Source: Octopus vulgaris (lineage: Eukaryota). From it: a stretch of DNA of 64,000 nt. This document shows, in pieces, positions 1 to 12,000 of this stretch. Location: contig OX597816.1 in NCBI GenBank assembly GCA_951406725.2, positions 158,224,001 to 158,288,000 on the forward strand. Direction: 5' to 3'. Both the position numbers and the translations under genes were made by a program. The notes beneath the pieces were generated by a model. It was not told the DNA's origin and ran no database searches. It saw only the letters and a list, made by a program, of their open reading frames with translations. The stretch's first letter is position 1. Each line of letters starts with the position of its first letter.

Positions 1-753
1 ATATGTATATGTATATGCATGTGTTTTATGTATGTGTGTGACAACTGGTAGATCCAATCATTACTTATAATAGATTATAATTAGTTAGTCAGAGGCAGGG
101 TCCTTCCCAAACTGGTGCAGTTGATATACTTTTTAAACATCTGTAGATAATATCTGCAGGAAACGAATAGTTGGGGATGGGATTCCAAAGGCTGCAGTTC
201 TAGAAAGGTCTTGGGGCCATTTAGTACAAACTGTACTCTCGCAAACTTAATTGTCTGCTCACCTTATCTAATACACACACACCTGTAACTTGAAGGGTGC
301 TCTGAAATATCCTCTTCACCATTTTCTCTCTCTCTTCCCTTTCCTTTTCCAACAGGGGTAGCCATGGTATCTCCTCTATTGCAAGACACCTATTTCTGTA
401 CCCATATTCATGCCCTAACTTCCCATCCCCTGACGCAAAGCTACATCCACATCCCTCGATACTATATCCCCCTCATTTGAGGGGGCTTGTCTAACAGGTT
501 ACCTGGTAACCTCTCTGGTTCTGGTGCTACAGAGAAAGCACTCAATATGCTTTAAAATGGTTGGTGTTGGGAAGGGCATCCAACCAGAGAAACCATGCCA
601 ATTGGGAAGAGCATCCAGCCGGAGAAACCCTGCCAAAACAGACAGTTGAACTTGATGCAATCCACTGACTTGCCAGTTCCTGTCAAACTATCCGATCCAT
701 GTCAGCATGAAAGAAGGGCATTGAATGATGATAACGATGATATTAATAATATA

Positions 754-1310
754 CAGGGGTTGGACAATATAACAGAAATGTCATGATGTAGCTATTTTTT
801 TCTATTGGCAATATGAAAAACTCAAAATTGTTCTTAGTCTTTCTATATATATGATTTTTTTTTAGGTTCTTTATGTAGTCTATAAATACCTAGCACTTCA
901 TGATACAGCCCTCTATTTCTTATTTTTAGCAGATTTTTATATTTAAATAAGTTGAACTACATGATCTGTCTGATTTCCAAAGAGAACAAATTGTTGGAGC
1001 GGAGCTTCATTCACTAAAACTGCTGAATTGTTTAATGTTTTGAAAGGTACAGTCACTAAAATCATGTTGACATTTCAAAATCAAGTTAACACCAACTCTG
1101 GTATGCATAATTCTTAATGGAAAGCAAAGCTCACAGAGAAGGGCTACATAATAGTGAAATATATATTGTGTCTAAAAACAACTGAACTACTGCAGCAAAA
1201 GTGACAACAGAACTAAACTGCCACTTTACAAGCCCCGAGTCAACCAAAACTGTTTGACATGAGCTCCATAAAGCTAGGTACCATATGAGGGCTACAATTG
1301 CTAAACCTTC
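754..1310 (+). mobile_element. Decayed Tc1-like DNA transposon, left end with transposase N-terminus
   Basis: TA followed by CAGGGGTTGGACAA (Tc1-type TIR start) at 754. Broken translation from ~960 gives DLSDFQREQIVG..TKTAELFNV.KGTVTKIM and TTAAKVTTELN..STKTV.HELHKA..RA.IAKP, typical of the Tc1 HTH region. Stops and frameshifts; no right TIR. Confidence 0.7.
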
Positions 1311-2020
1311 CCTGTCCTCCATCAACACCAACACCAGTCATCAAGTGGTGATGGGGGGAGAAACATAGACACAATGACTCACACACACACACATGCCTGC
1401 ATGCACACATATGGTAGGCTTCTTTCAGTTTCTGTCTACCAAATCTACTCACAAGGCTTTAGTCAGCCTGAGGTAATAGTAGAATACATTTGTCCAAGGT
1501 GTCATGCAGAGGGACTGAACCTGGAACCATGTGGTTGGGAAACAAGGTTACTACTGCTCAGCCATATGTATATATCGGGGGGGGGGGGGGAATCAAGGAC
1601 TTTTTTGGGTGGGGTATCGCCCAAAAGTATTTAAAAAAATACTATATAAGGTGGAAATCACAATTTGTAACAAATGGACACTTTTTATGTATTCTAAGTT
1701 TGTTGTAGCAGACCATATGCATATGAAACAGTAATGCTGGTAAACTGCTGGAAATAAGATAACAATGTTATTATATTTGCAATGGCGTGGTTAGAAAGAG
1801 GTTGCCCGGGCAACTAGAGCAACACCCCTGCATCTGCCACTGTATATAAAAAGGCTCTCCAATTGATTCAAATGGAGTATTTTACAAACACACTTGAACT
1901 TCTGATCCACAAATATGCTGTTTCATCACTATGTTTTTCTACTGATTCTTCTGTAGCTACTGTTCCTTGGTGCTAACTAGTTTTGTGCTATCATTTAGGC
2001 CCACTCAACTCATCTGTTTT

Positions 2021-2565
2021 ATAATAATATAATAATAATGAAATTATTGTATACAGTACTCAGGTGCACTATAACTGTTAAAAGTGTGTATAAAGCATAT
2101 GCAGTAATGTACAAATGTCTGGGAAGTGAACAGTGTATGAGTCAGATACATGCTTGTGTGTGTATGGAGGGGAGAAAATCTGGTGTAGTGTTGGCGATTC
2201 TCAGGAAGCATGGAAGTTTTGAAGGATGCAGTGCTCCAACAACTAACAACTGATGCCGGCAGTTTGTTCCATACTTCAGCAACTCTTAGCGTGAAAAAAT
2301 GTTTCTGAAAGTCATGGGAGCTCTGCTGTTTTCTGACTTTGTAAACATGTCCACGGGTGTTAGATAGGTGGAGTTTAAAAAGGTGCTCAAAGTTATTGTT
2401 AGTAAGATGGTTAATAATTTTATGGGTGTCTGCTAAGTCAGTTGCCAGATGGCAGAGTTTCAATGTGTCCATGTCCAGGGAACTTAGGCGTTTAGAATAT
2501 GGCAAATGCTTGATGGAGGGTATTCTCTTGGTTGCACGTCGCTGAACGGTTTCCAGACGATTGCA
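2021..2565 (-). mobile_element. CR1-clade LINE 3' fragment
   Basis: ORF 2044..2622(-) contains LETVQRRATKRIP..LPYSKRL..L..TRGH.YK......FFTLRVAEVWNKLP (CR1 ORF2 C-terminus) and ends in an (ATT)n-like tail; related copies at 40630-41035 and 42260-42872. Confidence 0.85.
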
Positions 2566-2842
2566 ACCCCTTCCTTCCAGAATAGTAGTACCCTTTACGT
2601 TTCGATATTTTCCCTTTTTCATGCGACAGTCATCAATTTGCAGTGATTGAAAATAAACGCGACTGCTATGGGCGCAACACCTTCCTCCAGACTAATTCAC
2701 GTTCACAAAATAAATAAATAAATAACAGGAGGAAGAAAATCAAACAAAATTTGAGTTAAACTTTGTTCTGAAAATCAACATCAGAATGTCTGGCAATTTA
2801 CCATCAATAACGGGTAAATGTTTCCTGTAGAACGGCATATCA

Positions 2843-2845
<3 letters not shown>

Positions 2846-2897
<52 letters not shown>
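2846..2897. repeat. (GA)n microsatellite
   Basis: Uninterrupted GA run of about 26 units. Confidence 0.95.
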
Positions 2898-2899
<2 letters not shown>

Positions 2900-2954
2900 G
2901 CCAGGAATGTAAATGTATTAGAAATATAACAGCTACCACAGTAAATCAATATCA

Positions 2955-3506
2955 CCTGTTCCCTCTAAGCCAGTGATTCACCAACGGTGCGCTGCAAGGG
3001 GTATCTAGGTGCACCGCGGATTTTAAAAAATATTAAGGTTTTAGAAAATCTATACCAATGCCTGAGTGTCTTGAAAAACGTTGTTCTCAGTTTTGTTTAA
3101 CACAAATATGATTAATAAAATAAGCTACGCAATAGTTTTTATCATATTTTTTCTGAATTTTCAACTTTAAAGTATAGTTTATCTTTGTTTGTTGTTTTTT
3201 TTTCCAAAATTCTATGTGAAATGTGCCAATAATTTTTTATTTAATCTTCAATGCATCATGAAATAAAGAAAAAAGAATTAAGCAACAGTACTATGCGAAG
3301 TGCGCGTGTGAGCGAACGCACACGTTTTGCAAGTAGCGCACTAAAGAATTAAGCGTGTGCACACTAGTTAATTACCTAAAACAATGTAGTAATTCATAAT
3401 TATACACATTATACAGTCAATGTGCACATACTTTTGTCACAGTAGGTAAAAAAGTACATCATGAGAATTACGCGCGCACTGACTGCTAAAAATTAGAAGG
3501 AAAATC
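2955..3506. mobile_element. Degenerate hAT-like MITE, possibly with a nested second hAT-like element
   Basis: Left CCTGTTCCCTCTAAG and right TTAGAAGGAAAATC resemble decayed TIRs; internal CAGTGATTCACCAAC at ~2971 resembles a Charlie-type end. TSDs not clear. Confidence 0.35.
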
Positions 3507-3659
3507 AAAACAGATGTTTCTAATTATTTTATTATTATTGTGAACACAAATTAACTGGAACAAAATGTTTCAAAAAGTTTAATGCTTCAAAAATTTTTTG
3601 AACGAAAAAATTAAAAATAACGAATACCGATAATTATTTATGAAAATAAATTAAAATTG

Positions 3660-3831
3660 GAGAAATGCGGCGCGGATTTCAAGTAAAATTGTACGTGGTT
3701 ATATTCTCTTATGAAACGAACTCTTTAAATATAAAGTTAGCTTTGCTATAACAACGTGTATGGCGGTTTCTTGACAAATTGAAATCAGTTTAAGACGAGT
3801 AGAAAACGTGTGTTTTATATTAAATGTAAGT
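3660..3831 (+). promoter_or_regulatory. Putative NUP93 promoter / non-coding first exon ending at a GTAAGT donor (3826)
   Basis: Local CpG enrichment (GCGGCGCGG, several CG) in otherwise CpG-poor DNA and a consensus donor at 3826. The ATG-containing exon has its own acceptor (pyrimidine tract, CAG at 5855-5857), so an upstream exon is implied. Confidence 0.4.
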
Positions 3832-5886
3832 CCTTGTGGTTGTAAAATTTGCTACAACATACACATTTGTATTTTCAACGATTTCTTTTGTTATTTACCG
3901 AAAATTACCTGTCAGTCTTTACAGTTCGACCGGCAATTTGTAATTAGCCGGGGGTCTTCGAATGCATGTGTGTATTTATTTATTTATTTTTCTGTTGAAT
4001 CAATTTGTCTTTTAATTAAGTTATAACTTAATTTTAACTAAATGGAATTTGCTTTCTAACTTCGTATAGAGAGGACACCCTTGGTAGAATGCAATTAATG
4101 TCTTGTGGGTTTATTATTTCAAATTATAAGCGGCTCTTGTCCAGGTTGCCTTCCTTTTTGAAAGGTAACATTCATATATATATATATCATTAATATATAC
4201 CTTCTTTTGTTATTTACCGGGGTAGCCACTTGCACGTCACTAATATATATATATATATATCAAAAAGAGATTAAAATAGAACAATAATATTAACCGAAAT
4301 CTACTTAACACCCTAATTATTCTGACAACATGTGATCTTTTATCAACAACGTTTCGTGTAGGAAGTAATAATTTTAAGCTAAAAAGTCTTGCATAATCTT
4401 TAGGTGACCAAATATTTGAACTTTTAGAAACATGTGATCAAGATGTTTCCAGTTTGGCTCTTCAAATTCTTGTTTAGATGGGGTAAATCCCGATACATTG
4501 CATACAGGTTGTTCCTCCCATTATCCCTGCTTTAAAATGTTTTCTAAATGTAAAATCTGCGTGTGTAAGTTTTCGGTGATTTGTATATGAATTGTTAATT
4601 AAAAAAAATATTGTAATAGTGGGATACCCTTAAGTTAATTTTGAAGTAGGTGTGGCATTTATTTTTGAGTCAGTCATAGATGTAACTTTGATGTTCAGAA
4701 ACAACGCACGAAACAGAAATACCTTGTTATTGTACAAACAAGCAAAATGTATTTTTTTGACTGCTTAAGTTATAAATGAAAGAGCTATAAAGATGTTCAA
4801 CAGAAAGTGTTATTTAGACATTAGCACCAATTTGCGACAAAAAGAAAACGTGAGTGTGTTTGGATCTTAGCATCACTCGACAACTTGTATTGGTTTGTTT
4901 ATGTCCCTCTTAGTGGTTCGTTGAAAAAGTGACTAATAAAATAACCTTTGGGAGCAATCTGTTCAACTAAACCCTTCATGGTGGTACTCCAGCTGGGCCA
5001 TAGTCCAATGACTGAAACATGTACAAGGTATATATTAATGGATTGAGCTGGAGGAAGGAACTGTGTTCATGGCCTTCACAGATCTCTGATGTAAATTTGA
5101 TGCAGTGATATTCCAATTGAAAAACTGCAGGAAAAACGTGGGCCTGGAGAACCTAATTATTGAGTTCAAGGTGTCAAACATTACCTATTACTTGTGAGTG
5201 GGAGTTCTCTCGGATTAAAGCAGTGATGTGTTACAATGATGCAGTTGGAAAAATTAATAACAAATGTATTGTAGGAACATGTGACTTAGTTACTATATTC
5301 TTGATATTTAATATGTCTAAATTTTTAACTAGGTTCTCTGAATTTCTCTTTCTTCAATGAATTAAAGTATAATATATTGAAGAAATAGGTAACTAGGTGC
5401 AAGCCTGGCTGTGTGGTTAAGAAGTTTGTTTCATGTTCAGTCCCACTATGTGGCACTTTGGACAGGTGTTTTCTTCTATAACCCTGAGCCTACCAAAGCT
5501 TTATGAGATGGAACTAAAGAAGCTCATTATATGTGTGTGTGTGTTTGTGTCTCCTTGTCTTAACATCACATGATAGTTGTATGACAAGCATCATCATATA
5601 AGTGATCTCATTTGTTTCCAATCTTCCATGAAAAACATATCTTGCCATGGGGAAATATCTTGCTTGGAAACATGTAAAGATTGGCAACAGGAAGGGCTTT
5701 GACTGTAGAAATTCTACCTCAGAAAATTCCATCTGATCCATGCAGGCATGGAAAAGTGGATGTGAAAACAATAATGATGATTCATTACAGAAATATCTGC
5801 TTTCAATTATGATTTAAAATTATAAAAAAATTTTCATGTTCTTCTTTTTGCCTCCAGTTGAATTTGGTTGACACAAAAGATTCAAG

Positions 5887-6068
5887 ATGAATATTGACGG
5901 AGGAGGTTTTGGTGATCTGCTACAGCAGGCTGAACAAATGACTGCTGAGCTTGATATTGGGATGGACCTTCCCAGAGTAGAACGTAATCCACGCCAGATT
6001 CTTAAAGAATGTCAAACCCTCCTCTCACAAGTAGCTCCTGTAAACAAGGAAACAATGAAAGTAAAAGC
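5887..6068 (+). CDS. NUP93: NUP93 coding exon 1
   Basis: [22 protein letters not shown]...TMKVKA; acceptor before 5858, donor GTAAGT at 6069. Confidence 0.95.
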
Positions 6069-9000
6069 GTAAGTAATCTACACTTGTTATGATTCTTTTC
6101 ACTTTTAACAGGTACAGATGCCTCTCTTGTTCAGATGCTGAACTCCTAACCAGGTAATGAGTTCAGTCAAACCTTGTCCAAAGCTACTGTACTGAGCTGT
6201 GCCTCTAGGTAAAGTACTAAACTCTGCTTGTCTCAGTCTACTTGGCTGCTACTACTTTTCATTTTTACTTTACAGTTGAGTATTTAGGAAGGACATCCAT
6301 ATGTAAAGAAAAATTGTTTTAACAAAATGAAAATATTTGAATTTTGCTCTGCCCAGATGTGACTGTGTGGTTACAAAATTCACTTAACAGCCACAGTGTC
6401 CGGGTTCAGTCCTATTGCATGGCACCTTGGGTAAGTGTCTTCTGTTATAATCTTGAGCTGGCTGGTGCCTTTGGAATGAAATTGGGAGCAGAATCTGAGA
6501 AAGCCTGTTATATATATAATAATAATAAAGGTTAAAATTAATTAATAATTTTACCAAGTAGTTCGGTATGTTAAAAGAATCATTATTGGTAAACTTATAC
6601 AAAAATTCTATAATTATGAGTGTAATTATAATTAGGGTTCAGCAAAAATTTGCTTCACCACATACCAAAATTTAGAAATAGGTCGATCTAATTGACTGGC
6701 CCCTACCCCCAAAATTTCGGGCTTTGTGCCTAGAGTAGATAAGAATATGTTCTGGTAGATTTAAATGTGAATATCTGATTGTTATTTTTGAGACACCGTT
6801 GTGTTTCAACCTCATTGTGTGTCTCCTCAGTTAAAGCTACTCCTGCCTGACTGATGAATCTAAGAAGCATGAACTCATATTTCAATCATCATTGTTGTTT
6901 TAACAACTACTTTTCCATACCTGCATAGGTTAGAAGAGTTTATTGAAGCAGATTTATAAACCAACTCTTATCCATTTTCAAGCAAGATCATATTTCCCCA
7001 TGGCCAGGCATTTTTTTCACAGAATATTAGAGACAGGTGACACTCCATAGTGCTAAGACAAGAAGACACAAACAGACATATATAAATCGATATATATGGC
7101 GGACTTTCAATTTCATCTACCACATCCACTCTCAAGGCTTTGGTTGGCTTGAGGCTTTAATAGAAGACACTTGTCAAAGGTGATACACAGTGGGATTGAA
7201 CCTGAAATCATGTAATTGGGAAGCAAGTTTCTTAACCCCACAGCCATGCAAACAAATTATTTGTTCTCATCTGCTTTCTATTTTTTTTTCTGTTTCTAGT
7301 TCTCTTGTACTTGGGAGCCAAGGATATGATGTCTCAAAGGTGTCTCAACGCCTTGATACTCTGACTGCTAAGAAGGCATTTGAACCCCTTGAACCTGTAC
7401 GAGACACTGATATTGAGGTAATGTTAATTATAATCAGTATTAATTAAATATTTGATCTTTGTAACCTATTATGTAACATCATTTGACTGCTCCTTTATAC
7501 AGTTGAAACCATTGATATATATTTATATGTTGACATCGTTTACACAATTGAAACTATTGATATTTATATAGGTGCAGGTGGCACCTTGGGCAGGGTCTTC
7601 TACTATAGTAGATTTGGTCGACAAACTAAAAGAAGCCTGTCGTGTGGGTGGGTGTGTGTATATATATGTTTGTGTGTCTGTTTGTCCCCCACCATCGCTT
7701 GACAACGATGTTGGTGTGTTTATGTCCCCTGTAACTTAGTGGTTCGGCAAAGGTGACCGATAGAATAAGTACTAGGCTTCCAAAGAATAAGTCCTGGGGT
7801 CAGTTTGTTTGACTAACGGTAGTGCTCCAGCATGGCCGCAGTCAAATGACTGAAACAAATAAAAGAATATGATATCGTTCACGCAATTAAAACTATTGAT
7901 ATTTATATATTGTTGGTATTTTTTTCCAGGGATTCCTTAAGAATGAACGGGAGAATGCTTTACTTACCGTTATCGAGAACGCTCGAAAAAATGTGAGTGA
8001 ATATATTTTATTTATGATTTCTGTATTTTGTTAACCCATTCCTGCCAATCGTCTGTTTAAACTGACACCTAATTTATAAGGATATAAAACAAATACTTGA
8101 TACAAATTGTGATTTGTGTATGATCTGTATCAAAGAATGAAACACGTTCTTAATGCATATGCAGTCTGTATATGTAATATGGAAATATTTTTCATTCTTT
8201 TTTTTTTTTTTTTTGTGAATTTTACATTCAATTTCAAAATTCTGATGTAAGCATGTTATGGTGATTTCAATGAAATTTTTTTCAGTTGTTATTTAGGTAA
8301 AAATAATAGTATCTGAATTTTCAAGGAATTTCATTCACTAGAAAAATTTTGGCATGAATGGGTTAATGTAAATATTTTTCTTTTTTGTTTTTTTTTTGTG
8401 AATTTTACTTGCATTTTCAAAATTTTAATGTAAATATGTTATGTTGATTTAAGGATAGGTTATGACTGATAACATGTACAAACCTTTTTAATTAATGTTA
8501 ATAAGGAATAATTAGCTTTTGGCTGAGTATTTAGCATTGGATAAATGTGCAGATGTGACTGTAGCTAAGGAATTTTTTCTACCACATGGTCTTGGGTTCA
8601 GTCTCACTGGTTAGCACCTTGGGCAATTATTTTCTACTATAGCCCTGAGCTGACTAAAGTCTTGTGAGTGGATTTGGTAGATGGAAACTGAAAGAAGCCT
8701 GTTGTATATGTGTGTGAGTGTTTGTGTCTTCTTGTATTGACATAGTTTGAGAGTTGTAAAATGTTTGTTACTGTCATACAAGCAGTGTCATTTGTTTCCA
8801 GTATTCTGTGAGACCATGTCTAGTCATGAGTAAATATTACATTGTGGAAGTTTAAGGGTTGGTGTCAGGAAGAGCATCTGGCTGTAGAAAATTTGCTCTC
8901 TTTCTTTCTCTCTCTTCCTCTCTCTGGCTGGTAACCATGTACTACCTCTACAGCAAGACATCTGTTTCGGTCTCTCTGTCACACTCTAACCTTTCATCAT

Positions 9001-12000
9001 CTTACACAAGATCACCTCCTCCAATGCCTCCTCTCAAAGGTTCCTTGTCTGGCAACATTACTTGGTGACCCTGCCAGTGCAGGTGCTATGTAAAAAAACA
9101 TCCAGTCCACACTGTAAAGTGATTGGCATTTGGAAGGGAATCTAGCTGTAAAAACCATGCCAAAACTGACCTTGCTTGTGCTGGTGCCACGTAAAAAGCA
9201 TTCAGCCTGCTCTGTGGTGTGGTTGGTGTTAGGAAGGACATTCAGACGTAAAAACCATGCTAAAACAGACTCAGAAGCCTAGTATAGGCTCATGCCTGGC
9301 CAGCCCCTGTGAAACCGTCCCACCCATGTCAGCATGGAAGGAGGATGTTAAATGATGATGATAATTCCGTCTGTCCCATGCATGCAAAAGTGAACCTTAA
9401 AATAGTAATGTTGGTTATATGTGTGATAGTGTTTACATGATGCTTTTTCGTAGAATGGTATAAGATGTTTGATTTTCTGCTGCAGACTTTAGAGACCTGT
9501 GAACAAAGACTGTGGGGATCAATGGAAGAAGAGTGGGAACGAGAAAAGCAGAAAATGTTGAATGCTTTGTTAGGAACAGGACACCAAATGTTGGATTATT
9601 CTCAGGAAACTGAGGTAAGTTCTTCTGTGCAATAATGTGCCATACTTTTGATCTGGATGTAGTTTTATTGAACATACAGAGACAACTTCTTTCACAGGAC
9701 CGTCTTTTAAATGGCAGATTCATCAATGTTGAAGTGAGACAGTATAAAATTTTTAGTATTCATTATATTGGGTTGTCCGGAAAGTTCGTGCTGATTTTTA
9801 AAAGAAAGAAAACGGTCAATAAATACTTGCCATTACATTTTTAATCAACCAAATGTGAACCGTTTTGTTGCACAATGCGTCTCTATCTTCCCTTTAACTT
9901 GAAAATTCCCAGAATTGAGGTGGTTTCATGGCAAAGAATTCATCAAAGTATCTTTTTACGTCATCCAAGAATTGAAATTTTTACCATTAAGACTATTCTG
10001 CAGAGACCTGAATAAGTGGAAATCTGAAGGAGCAATATCTGGTGAATATGGAGGGTGGGGTAACACATCCCAGCCAAGCTGCAGCAATTTTTGTCTGGTT
10101 CCCAAAGCATCAAATGTTGAAAATGAACTTTCTTATCTTCCATTTTAAAGGGTTACAGAATTAACACAGGTTATAGGAACATAAATTTTCTGCTACAAAA
10201 AGATAGCTTAAACTGTGCTCTGAATAGAGGTGTAGTCAAATCCTGTTTTATGGATTCAACCATGTTCTAAAATAAGTCGAAAGGTAAGCAACTATAAATC
10301 GGCACGAACTTTCCGGACAACCCAATAAAAATAAATATTTTAAATTCTTCTTATCTTTGTTTTTCTCTCCCTTCTCTCTCTTTATGCCTTCTAGTTTGAT
10401 TGGCCTTTGAGGCACAGACTTGACCTTTGAGGCAATTTTGTAACAGTTTGACTGATTAAAGTATACTCATGTATTGCAAGTTTTATTGTTCCTGTTTGTT
10501 CCCACCCAACCTTTGTATGTGTGAATGAAGGAAGCAAACATTAACCAGAAAACTGAAAAGTCTGTGCTGTTTGAATGAAGTCCCTTGCTATATTTGTTCT
10601 GCACAAATTAGAGACACTTCCTTGTCACTCTTGTCATCATGAATGCCAGGAGTAAGTGCTTGTTTCATTGGAAATTTGTAATTATTTGTTCTGTTAATCA
10701 CCAGTTAAAATATTAATGTACTCACACAAAGTGAGCATGGAACTTAGTGAGGTACTAACTGAGAGATCGGTGGTTTGTATCATGTTACTGACACCACATA
10801 ATCTCCTGAGAAGACATTTAGGTTTTTTACTGTTTGGTCCATCTATCTATAAATAGATATTGCAAAGTAAGAAGGAGACACTGCTGTAAACCTTGCTAGT
10901 ATTCATCATCATCAGCATCATCAGTCTATTGTCATTGCTGGTATAGGTTGGACGGTTTGACTGGGCTGGCATGCTGGAAGGCTGTATCAGGATCCAGTCT
11001 GATTTGGCATGGTTTTCTACAGCTGGATGCCCTTTATAATGCCAACCACTCTGAGGATGTAATGGGTGCTTTTACATGCCACCAGCACGGGTGCTATTTG
11101 CGTGACACTGGTCTCTGCCCAACACTTGAAAGGATCTCAGCCACCTCGCCTCCATGAGGCCCGTCCATTTATTTGTTATATTGAGTCAAACTTCCACTTT
11201 ATATATAGCTTCAAGAAGCATGAATACCACCAACCTGATTTGTTCTAAACAATTGATGACCCTTTTTATCAAAGCATATCGCTGTTTTAAATTTATTTTT
11301 AAGAATCCTTTTATTGGAGTGTCACTAAAATATATGTATACATACACATATTTTAGATATGGATATGTTTTTTTATAACATGATAATACAGGGAATATTT
11401 TCAGCCTACTCCTTATCAGATGGAACTCCACAGCATCTCACTTAAAGCCTGTAGTGAGTCACAGGTTTGCCATCACTTCCCAGGTTGATAGTAATAAAGT
11501 ACCGGTCAAATATTTGGGTTGATATAATTATGCTCCTCCTTGTTCCTATCTTAGGAATTTTATGATGATGACTCATTGGTGATTGTATGTTTTCTGTATT
11601 TTCTGTTGAAAAATACATGCTGAATTTTTTCTGACCAAAATTTACAACCAAAAATGGTTATGTTGGCTTATACACCAAGACAACTTTATAGGACCAAAAT
11701 CTGCATGTTAAATGCAAGATTTGGAAAGATCATGAGAATGTTTGAATGTTTATGCTACATTATCAACATCATTGTTTAACATCTGCTTTCCATGCTAGCA
11801 TGGGTTGACTGAGGACTGGCAAGCCAGGAGACTGCACCAGGCTCCAATCTGATCTGGCAAGGTTTTTGCAGTTGGATGCCCTTCCTAACGCCAATCACTC
11901 TAACAGTGTAGTGGGTGCTTTTTGTGTGCTATTGGCTCTGGGGTCAGTCAGGTGGAACTGGCATCGACCATGCTCAAATGGTACTTTTTATGTGCCATAG

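Noticed and set aside
9961-10148. Active transposase or RT genes
   Set aside because: All Tc1/mariner, RTE, CR1 and gag remnants in the window are truncated or carry stops and frameshifts.
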